Origin: a virus
Strand: one strand, 5' to 3'
DNA: 64,000 nucleotides
IMG/VR virus record: IMGVR_UViG_3300021181_000006
Coordinates: 32,001-96,000 of that record
Of the stretch, positions 20,817-28,935 are shown piece by piece. The notes beneath the pieces are model-generated. The model worked only from the letters and a program-made list of their open reading frames with translations, was not told the origin of the DNA and searched no databases. The translations under genes and the position numbers were made by a program. How positions within the stretch are numbered: the stretch's first letter is position 1; each line of letters starts with the position of its first letter.

Positions 20817-23800
20817 TTGTTCTTCATTTCTTTAACGACATTAGCTAACTCAACAGCACTGTGTCCAAAATCCGCCAGAGATTTCGCCTCTGAAGCGCCA
20901 GCAGGACCAGCGTGTGCTCCACCAATTTCATTAGCAATAAGATCTTTCTTGAGCGCATCAGCACCTTCAGTGGTGAAAGTTTTCTTTAACGCCTGTAGCT
21001 GACTATCATCTACATTCACCCCAAATTTATCACCAAAAGCCTTCGTGCTAGAGAAATCAGCGTTTGAGATATTAGACTCAAAGGTACTCACTACTCTCTT
21101 CAATGTTGGGTCAGCACGTACTGCATCTCGGAAGGATTGCTCTTTGAGATCTCCCATCAGCATACCGATCTTGCCATTAAAGCTTCCGCCATCTGATCCC
21201 AGAGCATATAATTTCTTATACGTAGAAGAATCTCCACGGTAGTCTTCGGCCATACCAGAGAACTTTTCAGCAAGATCCTGATTAAATTTCTTACCGGTAC
21301 TAGATTGACGTAAATGATCTACGGCTGCTTTCAGACCACCGATATTACCACTTGGCAATTTACCAGTCTTACCGAAATCCTTAATAGCATCAGTAATCTC
21401 ACTATCTAATCCCATACCCTTGGTGAGTTCCAAGAAATTACCAACTGAAGTCTGACGTGCACCAGCGTCACCACTGGATCCAGCATCTAAGACATCTGAA
21501 AGCGCTGATAAAGCATCTGTATTATCAGTCAGTTGATCAAGCCCTTTATCTACAGAACGATGGAATGGATTCCAGCTTCCCTGATCGAAGAAGCTCGTCA
21601 ATTGTTTAGCAACTGCCGTACCCTCATCTGGATTACCTTTAACATAAGTATTATAGACAGCGAGATCAGCGCCCTCTAAGAGATTGCCCTTCATCATACC
21701 TTCATTTTGCATGAAGTTTGATACCATGTCAGTACTATAGCCTGTATTCTGAGAGATCTGTTTCACTGCTGCTGCAATTTTAATCGTATTATCAGCAGTT
21801 ACACTGTACTGTCCTAACACACCAGCACTTGACATGGCAGAGAACATTTTCTTTTTAAAGGCAGGATCCTGCATTGTTGCGGACTCAGCCTTCGAAAAAT
21901 TCTTTCCGATGTTCCATGAGGTTACAGCATTATCGTAGGCTTGGCCCATATTCTTGCCAAGAATTGATTGCTCATTATTAGTAGATAAAGATTTAATTAA
22001 TCCATATGATCCACCAATAGCTGCACCTGTTCCTACGGCTGCTAATCCTCCACTAATACTGCCAGCCCAAAATCCACGAAGAGCGCCCCAACCAGCGCCA
22101 GCTAAAGCACCAACAGCCATTCCTACTGGTCCTCCTTCAATGCCCTCTATAGCACCAGTAAGAGCTCCTGATCCAATACTAGCTAACATGACACCACTGG
22201 TGTATCCACTAAAACCAGCACCAGCACCAACCCATGTTCCCGCTGCTGTCATAGCTCCAGTATGATTTGGAGTGCTGAGCTGAAGTGCTGGATCTGAGTT
22301 AAATGAGTTCTTATAATCACCATTTAATAAGAAACGCTGTTCGTCTCCAGAACTAATTGAACCATATCCACCTTGTCCTAAGGCACGTTCTTTAGCACGG
22401 TTCGCTATAATATCCTCGGGACTAGAGCCATATGCCCAATCTGAAATTCTTTCCTGAATAGCGGCTCTTGGATTATTATAAAGAGTATTCTCCATACGGG
22501 TTACAAAACCGCCAAAGCTATTCTCTTGATAATCCAAATCTAATGCTCGTTTACGTTGAGACATCTTCATTGCGCCTGCTGCAGCTCGACGAGTATTAGC
22601 CATGGATCTCTGGCCATCTTCAGTGAAGTTACTCTGAACGAAAGCATTAGCAGTATTAGAATCTCCACCGAACATAGTCTCAGAAGCCAACATCTTCATC
22701 ATGTTGACGTCTTCTTGGCTGCCCTGATTAAAATCACGGCTATTCACTGACTTAAAGACTTGTTCTAATGATGCACGTTGCATGGCTAGGGTATTTGTCG
22801 TTCCAGCTTGAGCGAGGATATCCTGTTTATTAGCCTGAAAATTAGCATAGCTTTGTATCGAATTAATATTCGATGAGGCCATCATACCCACATTACCGAA
22901 TCCACCCTGCAGCGCTTGATTGAACTTACCCTGATTAAACTGTCCACCCTGCATACCAGCCATCAAGTACATCTGGCCTTGATTTGTAGCATAATTAATA
23001 GTACTAGCAGTTAATCCTGCAGCTAAGTTCTCAACACCGCCAGCTTGCTGAATGATATTCTCGTTCAGAATACCGCTAGTATATAGGTTATTTGTAGAAG
23101 CTAAGTTATTACGTCCCAGGATACCACCCATAGCGACGTTATAGCCAGTGCCACGAGCCAAGTTAGATCCGATAAGAGCCCCGCCAAGAAGTTCAGTTGT
23201 ATTCAGTCCACTTGCTAATCCAAGAGCCGCTGTGCTTTGGAGGAACTGACTCTGAGCACCGATACTAGTAACGCCCATCGACTGACGTAACTGCCCCATA
23301 GTCTGAGCAGCTTCCTGAATGGTCATTCCAGTAGCCTTAGCTACGTTCTGAGTCTCTCTGAGTATATCGGCAACTCTACTCAGCATTTCTGCAGAATTAT
23401 TTGATCCAATGAACTGACCAGTCTCAGCAGCAATACCAGTCACAGCACGGGCTTGTTCATAGTTAATGCCGAGATCATTAAGGGCCAGATTATAAATACC
23501 ATGAGCAGCGCTCATGGATTCCTGACGGCTTAAACCAGAGCCAGCGATAGCACTCGAAGCGCCAAACTTAATAAATCTACGTGAATATGATTCAATATCT
23601 GAAGCCATGGCTTCATCACGAGCCACATCAATTCCAGCTAGATTTAATGGAGATAATCCACTTCCTAAAACACGTGCTCGTAAATTATTACTAGCCTCAG
23701 CCTGGAAATCACTCTGGTACATATTCTGTGGAGCACGTGTCAGCCCTACAGATGCACCAATATCCTTCATGAAGGTAGAGCGGTAGCTCGTCTCGTACAT

Positions 23801-24193
23801 GGGATCAACGCCCCAGAACGATTGTGCGCGTTGCTGGAATGGACGATTTAACTCAGAGATGAATGGCTGTGACATAGCATAGCTGGTTGCTCCTCCAGCA
23901 GTGTCCACTACTGGTGCCCCAACGCGTTGTGCAATGCTATTGACAGATTGTGTCAGTTTGGTGATATCTGACTCAAAACGAGAATAACCTAAAGCGCTCA
24001 CTTGCTGTACAGAAGGTAAGTTTCCTACAGTAGAAGCTACTGCATTACCCTGAAAGAACTGATTGGTGCTGAGGTTCGTAGCCTGGACTGACTCCAGAGA
24101 TACGAGCTTCTGCATCGATTCATTAATGCTCTGAAGCTGGTCTAATTGCCCAGCTTCATTTGCTTTTGAGTTAAAGTCATCAATTTCAGGCAT
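20813..24193 (-). CDS. tail tape measure protein
   Basis: 1126 aa, Ala/Gly/Ser-rich helical, central GAxxG hydrophobic stretch, directly downstream of a frameshifting chaperone gene. Confidence 0.85.
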   Translation of the reverse strand: MPEIDDFNSKANEAGQLDQLQSINESMQKLVSLESVQATNLSTNQFFQGNAVASTVGNLPSVQQVSALGYSRFESDITKLTQSVNSIAQRVGAPVVDTAGGATSYAMSQPFISELNRPFQQRAQSFWGVDPMYETSYRSTFMKDIGASVGLTRAPQNMYQSDFQAEASNNLRARVLGSGLSPLNLAGIDVARDEAMASDIESYSRRFIKFGASSAIAGSGLSRQESMSAAHGIYNLALNDLGINYEQARAVTGIAAETGQFIGSNNSAEMLSRVADILRETQNVAKATGMTIQEAAQTMGQLRQSMGVTSIGAQSQFLQSTAALGLASGLNTTELLGGALIGSNLARGTGYNVAMGGILGRNNLASTNNLYTSGILNENIIQQAGGVENLAAGLTASTINYATNQGQMYLMAGMQGGQFNQGKFNQALQGGFGNVGMMASSNINSIQSYANFQANKQDILAQAGTTNTLAMQRASLEQVFKSVNSRDFNQGSQEDVNMMKMLASETMFGGDSNTANAFVQSNFTEDGQRSMANTRRAAAGAMKMSQRKRALDLDYQENSFGGFVTRMENTLYNNPRAAIQERISDWAYGSSPEDIIANRAKERALGQGGYGSISSGDEQRFLLNGDYKNSFNSDPALQLSTPNHTGAMTAAGTWVGAGAGFSGYTSGVMLASIGSGALTGAIEGIEGGPVGMAVGALAGAGWGALRGFWAGSISGGLAAVGTGAAIGGSYGLIKSLSTNNEQSILGKNMGQAYDNAVTSWNIGKNFSKAESATMQDPAFKKKMFSAMSSAGVLGQYSVTADNTIKIAAAVKQISQNTGYSTDMVSNFMQNEGMMKGNLLEGADLAVYNTYVKGNPDEGTAVAKQLTSFFDQGSWNPFHRSVDKGLDQLTDNTDALSALSDVLDAGSSGDAGARQTSVGNFLELTKGMGLDSEITDAIKDFGKTGKLPSGNIGGLKAAVDHLRQSSTGKKFNQDLAEKFSGMAEDYRGDSSTYKKLYALGSDGGSFNGKIGMLMGDLKEQSFRDAVRADPTLKRVVSTFESNISNADFSSTKAFGDKFGVNVDDSQLQALKKTFTTEGADALKKDLIANEIGGAHAGPAGASEAKSLADFGHSAVELANVVKEMKNK

Positions 24194-24532
24194 TACCAGG
24201 CACTCGCTTAATACGTATGATACCGTCTTTGTACTCAGCAGTGAAGGTAGTATCTTTCTCCTTGGCCATGGATGCTTGTTTTTTCAAGATATCTTCGTAA
24301 ACAGCCTCTGGATCCTTCGGTAAGACAAGATCTTCCAGCATTTTCAGAGATTTTGTTATATCTTTACCTGGACTACACGATGCATGTGCTAAAATCTGCA
24401 TCTGCATGAACTCATGCTGTTTACGTTGAATATAACAAAGATAGGTAGCTCTACCATGAGGGCTATTATCAAGGGGATCGACCCCATCAATCTGGGCGTT
24501 CAGGGCAAACCAGACTGAAGGAGTCCTTAAGA
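24186..24532 (-). CDS. tail assembly chaperone -1 frame extension (gpGT-like T segment)
   Basis: the -1 frame is open from the slippery site (LLRTPSVWFALNAQIDG...) into track ORF 24186..24407. Confidence 0.75.
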
Positions 24533-25057
24533 GTTTTTTAGTGAAAATCTCAATCCACAGTTAATCCAGCGAGTGAACTGTGTATATTCTTTCCATAATT
24601 CAGCGAAAATAACTTCATTAATCTGCTGCACAGCGGCAACAGCCTGTACAAAGTCCTTTGGCACTGGAACGGTCTTGTCAGGGACTCCAAATCGACGGAT
24701 AGCCTTAGCTAAGATCAATACCAGTGAGATATTCTGGATATACATCCCAGTCTCATCACGATAATTCTTAAGAGCCTTATCTACCTCTAATGAGTCACCT
24801 TTGCTTAAATTAGCGATCTCTACTTCAAAAAGCTTGGTCTTCACACGAACAGATACGTTGCCAACCACAACTAGATCAGCTAAATCAACATCTTTGTACT
24901 TCTCACGATTATTCTCAAAGAATGTTCTATCAACCTCTTCTCCTGCCAACTGGACTTTACCATTTAAGGTTTCTACTTCATTTTGAAGGATTTCCAGCTG
25001 CTTCTCTAGCGCTGTACGCTTGTCTTCGAGTTCAACTTGTTTAGCGGGCTTTGTCAT
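24527..25057 (-). CDS. tail assembly chaperone (gpG-like)
   Basis: 176 aa, AAGGA RBS, upstream of the tape measure, ends at a slippery site. Confidence 0.75.
   Translation of the reverse strand: MTKPAKQVELEDKRTALEKQLEILQNEVETLNGKVQLAGEEVDRTFFENNREKYKDVDLADLVVVGNVSVRVKTKLFEVEIANLSKGDSLEVDKALKNYRDETGMYIQNISLVLILAKAIRRFGVPDKTVPVPKDFVQAVAAVQQINEVIFAELWKEYTQFTRWINCGLRFSLKNS
24533..24539 (-). other. programmed -1 ribosomal frameshift heptamer A_AAA_AAC
   Basis: mRNA reads CTA AAA AAC TCT TAA; in-register X XXY YYZ heptamer two codons before the stop. Confidence 0.8.
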
Positions 25058-25099
25058 TGTAATCCTTTTTGGTATGCTTAGAGTACCGAGTAATATCCA

Positions 25100-25558
25100 A
25101 TGTCAAACCCTTTCGCATTGAATCCCTTTCATAAAGGGAAGTCCTACATACCTCTCAAGTTGAGCCCAGCTCCTCAAGAGATAGAGAAAAAGAAATACTA
25201 TGAAGAATGCACCGCCTGTGGCTCCGATGTCTCCCGTGGAACCAGAATCGTCTGCACTGAGTGTGGAAAGCCCTACTGTGGCGATCACGCCGACATCGAA
25301 TCCGGTATCTGCAATCGATGCGCTAAAGACGCAGCTGGAAGGGCTCAGCGCAAGATACGATCAACTGAAAGACGTCTCCGAGAAGGAGAAAGACTCGACC
25401 TTGAAAGCATTGCTCGGGATGAGCCTGGCCTACGCAGACCAGCAGATCAATTCGACGGTAGCCTTAATGGTGGATCAGTATCTCCAAAGCCAAAATTTCG
25501 TACCATCGAAGACTATCGAGCCGAGCAAGCCGATAAAGCGGCAAAGAGGAAGCGTTAA
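25100..25558 (+). CDS. putative Zn-finger protein (CxxC, CxxC, CxxH, CxxC)
   Basis: CTAC...CTEC...CGDH...CNRC; overlaps 25200..25580 in another frame, so one may be spurious. Confidence 0.45.
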   Translation: MSNPFALNPFHKGKSYIPLKLSPAPQEIEKKKYYEECTACGSDVSRGTRIVCTECGKPYCGDHADIESGICNRCAKDAAGRAQRKIRSTERRLREGERLDLESIARDEPGLRRPADQFDGSLNGGSVSPKPKFRTIEDYRAEQADKAAKRKR

Positions 25559-25580
25559 CGGGACTCCCTTGACACCATAA
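25200..25580 (+). CDS. hypothetical Pro/Ser-rich coiled-coil protein
   Basis: 126 aa with heptad LKTQLEGLSARYDQLKDV; overlaps 25100..25558. Confidence 0.45.
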   Translation: MKNAPPVAPMSPVEPESSALSVESPTVAITPTSNPVSAIDALKTQLEGLSARYDQLKDVSEKEKDSTLKALLGMSLAYADQQINSTVALMVDQYLQSQNFVPSKTIEPSKPIKRQRGSVNGTPLTP

Positions 25581-25596
25581 AGTGCCGCGCTATCTT
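25569..25596 (+). promoter_or_regulatory. sigma-70-type promoter TTGACA-N16-TATCTT
   Basis: perfect -35 and a TAnnnT -10, upstream of the replication operon. Confidence 0.55.
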
Positions 25597-25799
25597 ATTC
25601 CCAGCACCAAGTCTGACATGCGAGTCAGCTTGATGTGGCCGTCCCACCAGAGGCCACTGTCCTAGCAAACCTGGTTCAATCTATAGGGTTTAATACCTAT
25701 GATGGACTATTGTCGATATCTAAGAAGCCACGGTTTTGTGGTAACATATTCTTACGGTATTTGATTATTTATTGTCCATTTCTATTTTAGGACACGACT

Positions 25800-26552
25800 A
25801 TGAAGCGAATGTTTACAAGTGATTCTGAATCAGATCATATTAATGCTCTGATCTACGGAGAGGCCGGAACAGGCAAAACCCGTAGCGCTATTACTCTGCC
25901 TGGTAAGACCGTTATTATATCTGCCGAATCTGGATTGAAGACCTTACGTGGTTATGAAATCGAAGTTTGGAAGGTAGAGTCTTGGGTCGATTTTGATACT
26001 GCTATCAACACTCTCATTGAAGGCAAAGGGACCGAGGAATATGCTTACGACAATGTCTTTGTCGATTCACTGACTGAAGTGACGAAGATATGTGGTGATT
26101 ATATTCTGAATGAGCGTAAAGATATTTACGCTGCTCGTAAGACGAATACTAAGACCATGTTTCACGATCAGCGCTCAATCGAAGATTGGGGTGTGATCAA
26201 GGGACGCATGGATCGTATGTGTCGTGCATTCCGAGATCTTCCTTATAATGTGTTCTTCACTGCGTTAAAGCATGATATCAAAGATGAAAAGACTGGTATA
26301 ACCAAATCAGTTCCTCTCGTATCACCTGGTTCTCTTGCTGAAGACCTTCCTGGTATTTTTGATCATGTCATCTTGGCAAAAGCTGATATGGATCCATCAA
26401 CCAAGAAACCAGTCTTCTGGTGGGAACATGCTCAGACTGAAAAACAGATGGGCAAAGATCGCTCTAATAACTTAGAGTGGAAGACTGAGCCAAACTGGCA
26501 ATTAATATTTGATGCGTATAAATTAAAAGTAACTCCTAAGGAGAAAAAATAA
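25800..26552 (+). CDS. Sak4-like AAA_24 ATPase (ssDNA annealing)
   Basis: Walker A GEAGTGKT, Walker B FVDSLTE; next to SSB and exonuclease. Confidence 0.8.
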   Translation: MKRMFTSDSESDHINALIYGEAGTGKTRSAITLPGKTVIISAESGLKTLRGYEIEVWKVESWVDFDTAINTLIEGKGTEEYAYDNVFVDSLTEVTKICGDYILNERKDIYAARKTNTKTMFHDQRSIEDWGVIKGRMDRMCRAFRDLPYNVFFTALKHDIKDEKTGITKSVPLVSPGSLAEDLPGIFDHVILAKADMDPSTKKPVFWWEHAQTEKQMGKDRSNNLEWKTEPNWQLIFDAYKLKVTPKEKK

Positions 26553-27115
26553 TGCCTCTTAATCTCGAAGGCGTGGAACCTATCGCTAATGAAGGTTTCC
26601 AGCCGATCCCTGATGGTGTGTATGCATTTCGTATCACTAAGGCATCTGAACAAGATGCCGTTGGTGAGAAGAATGGCCAACACAAATTCCAGCTGACTGT
26701 TCAGCATGGACCTTATGAGCGTAGAATCGTATTCTGCGATTTTGCTCTCACTGAGAAGATGGCTGGATATATCCGCCATTTCTATAATATCATTGGAGCA
26801 ACTAGCTTCAAAGAACTTAATCCATTGGATTATATCGGCAAGCCTCTTCGTGCAGAGGTCCATACCGATGAGTACAATGGTAAGAAGAACAACAAGGTTC
26901 GCCTTGGATGTTACTACCCATGGGATGGTAAGGAAGAGACAGCCGAAGGCGGATCTTCTGTAGCCTCCAAGACATCAGCAGCAAAAACTGAAGTGAAGGC
27001 AACGAAGTCTTCTCCTTTCAGTAATGCGGCGCCCAAGGCAGCAGCTGCCAAGAGTGCGGGGAAGCAGTCAACACTGTTACCACCGGCTGATGATGGGGGA
27101 GAACCACCGTTTTAG
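26552..27115 (+). CDS. single-stranded DNA-binding protein (DUF669-like)
   Basis: FQPIPDGVYAFRI N-terminus, OB-type pattern, disordered tail ending DDGGEPPF. Confidence 0.8.
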   Translation: MPLNLEGVEPIANEGFQPIPDGVYAFRITKASEQDAVGEKNGQHKFQLTVQHGPYERRIVFCDFALTEKMAGYIRHFYNIIGATSFKELNPLDYIGKPLRAEVHTDEYNGKKNNKVRLGCYYPWDGKEETAEGGSSVASKTSAAKTEVKATKSSPFSNAAPKAAAAKSAGKQSTLLPPADDGGEPPF

Positions 27116-27118
27116 TAG

Positions 27119-27658
27119 ATGAACGAACTGGCACTCATACGAGTGAGTGCCAGTTTTTTAGGTAATAAAATGAAGTTAACTCAAATAGAACTGTTCGATC
27201 TCATCGAACTATGGAAGACAGGTACATGGTATGAACGCCTGGCTTACTATTTAATAAGTAAAAATAAGTTTAAATGTATTTATGACAGTGCTCCAGAAAA
27301 AAATGTGTATTTAGTGCGTATGTATATATTCGGAACTAGTAAAAGTGCGTTCTCACTCTGGCTACACTTCTTCCCTCGTGGCGATGAAGATAGAGCTTTA
27401 CATTCGCATCCATTCCCATTTTTATCATATGTTGTGGCTGGTTCCTACATAGAAGAACTCTTACGCGGATGGAAGATACGTAAAAAACATTCTGTGGTAT
27501 TTAGATCAACTGATCATCTTCATCGTGTACATACCAACTATGCATGGACACTCATTTTACGTGGGCCTAAAGTCAAAGACTGGGGATTCCTCGTTTGTGG
27601 TAAAATGATTCCATGGAGGAAGTTCTTAGGACTTCCAGAGACCGTAGAGGATATCTAA
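27119..27658 (+). CDS. cupin-fold protein
   Basis: LHSHPF...GSYIEE...HRVH...WTLILRGP...WGF metal-binding cupin pattern. Confidence 0.65.
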   Translation: MNELALIRVSASFLGNKMKLTQIELFDLIELWKTGTWYERLAYYLISKNKFKCIYDSAPEKNVYLVRMYIFGTSKSAFSLWLHFFPRGDEDRALHSHPFPFLSYVVAGSYIEELLRGWKIRKKHSVVFRSTDHLHRVHTNYAWTLILRGPKVKDWGFLVCGKMIPWRKFLGLPETVEDI

Positions 27659-28692
27659 TGCCTATCGATTTGTCATATCTCGATGCAAAACCGCCAGTTG
27701 AAGTCGTTACCGAAGGTAATCTCACCAAGATACTCTTAACGAATTCAAACATGTCGATGTTCCAGGAGTGCCATTGGAAGTATTGGGTCAGACAGCTGAA
27801 ATACTTAGTGCCTCTTAAGAAGGGTGCTGCGCTCAATTTTGGATCTGCCTACCATGATGGCATTGAACATTATTATAAAGGTCTACAGGCAAAAGCATTG
27901 CCGATGAACGTCTTAGATGACGATGTATTAGCCGATACTCAGCAATTTATTGATCTTGGGCTCGCTACTGGCAAGTTTGAGGAAGATGATGCTATCCCCA
28001 CCAAAGTGAAAGCAATGGTAAAGGGGTTCATTCGTTACTTCAGAGGGTCAGTGTATCGTATCGATGAGTTAGAGACTCCTTTTCTCGTAAAGATGGATGA
28101 AGCTCCTGACTTTGAGATTGATGGTCATCGGTATGAGTTTTGGCTCTCAGGCCAGATGGATGCACTCATGCATCATACTGGTACGAATTTACCATATATT
28201 GGTGAATGGAAGACCTGCACTCAATTCGCTGACTTTATTTCAAAGGCGAAGGTCGATAATCAGCCGTGGCATTATATGCTATGTCGTTATCTGGTGACTG
28301 GTAAAAATCCTAATGGAGTAATATATCGCATTGCCCGTAAGACATTGATTCGTCAGAAGAAAGATGAAACTGCTGGTGATTATTATTCTCGTATTGTGGA
28401 ACAGTACAGCACTTTAGAGAAAGACCATTACCATGAAGAGATTATTTATTGGGAACCTCGTCGTATAGATCGTCATATTGAGTATCTCAATATGATGGCA
28501 CTTGAGATTAGGAATGCATTCGTTCAGGAATTATGGCATAGGAATAAAGGATCATGCTTTAAATACAATAATGCATGTTCCTATATGTCTCTCTGTAATA
28601 CCTATAGCGCTGGAGACTTCCAGGCACTTGCTGATATTAATTTCGCTGTTGAGAAACCAAACAGTGAGATTGTGGAACCAGTAGATGAATGA
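27658..28692 (+). CDS. PD-(D/E)XK exonuclease (RecB/Cas4-like)
   Basis: SMFQECHWKY, GSAYH, GQMD...GEWKT, QPWHY, C-terminal CFKY...CSYMSLC; start 27658 follows GAGG. Confidence 0.8.
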   Translation: MPIDLSYLDAKPPVEVVTEGNLTKILLTNSNMSMFQECHWKYWVRQLKYLVPLKKGAALNFGSAYHDGIEHYYKGLQAKALPMNVLDDDVLADTQQFIDLGLATGKFEEDDAIPTKVKAMVKGFIRYFRGSVYRIDELETPFLVKMDEAPDFEIDGHRYEFWLSGQMDALMHHTGTNLPYIGEWKTCTQFADFISKAKVDNQPWHYMLCRYLVTGKNPNGVIYRIARKTLIRQKKDETAGDYYSRIVEQYSTLEKDHYHEEIIYWEPRRIDRHIEYLNMMALEIRNAFVQELWHRNKGSCFKYNNACSYMSLCNTYSAGDFQALADINFAVEKPNSEIVEPVDE

Positions 28693-28933
28693 TCTCCGTA
28701 AACTCCCACAGGCTTCAGATTTGAAACATCAGATTCACTATATCTACGATATGCATAAATTAAATCGGTGGGAGTGGGGAGAAACTATGATGGGCCATTC
28801 ATCAAGTGTTGTGACATTAAGAAATAAGTATATTTATATCACGCTAGACGGCGTAAAAGCTGCTCTATACATGCCATTCTGGCACGCTTATTTACTATTT
28901 GTAAAGAATAAACTAAGAATACCATTGGAGTAA
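28685..28933 (+). CDS. hypothetical protein
   Basis: 82 aa ORF coupled between exonuclease and primase. Confidence 0.6.
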   Translation: MNDLRKLPQASDLKHQIHYIYDMHKLNRWEWGETMMGHSSSVVTLRNKYIYITLDGVKAALYMPFWHAYLLFVKNKLRIPLE

Positions 28934-28935
28934 TT

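Noticed and set aside
461-25057. Bacterial eCIS, tailocin or T6SS locus
   Set aside because: Contiguous with a full phage replication and nucleotide-metabolism module and no host housekeeping genes.
25660-25700. tRNA gene (GGTTCAATC T-loop-like)
   Set aside because: No cloverleaf, D-arm or acceptor stem could be built.
27658-28692. Cas4 / CRISPR adaptation gene
   Set aside because: Lies in a Sak4-SSB-exonuclease recombination module with no cas1/cas2 or array.
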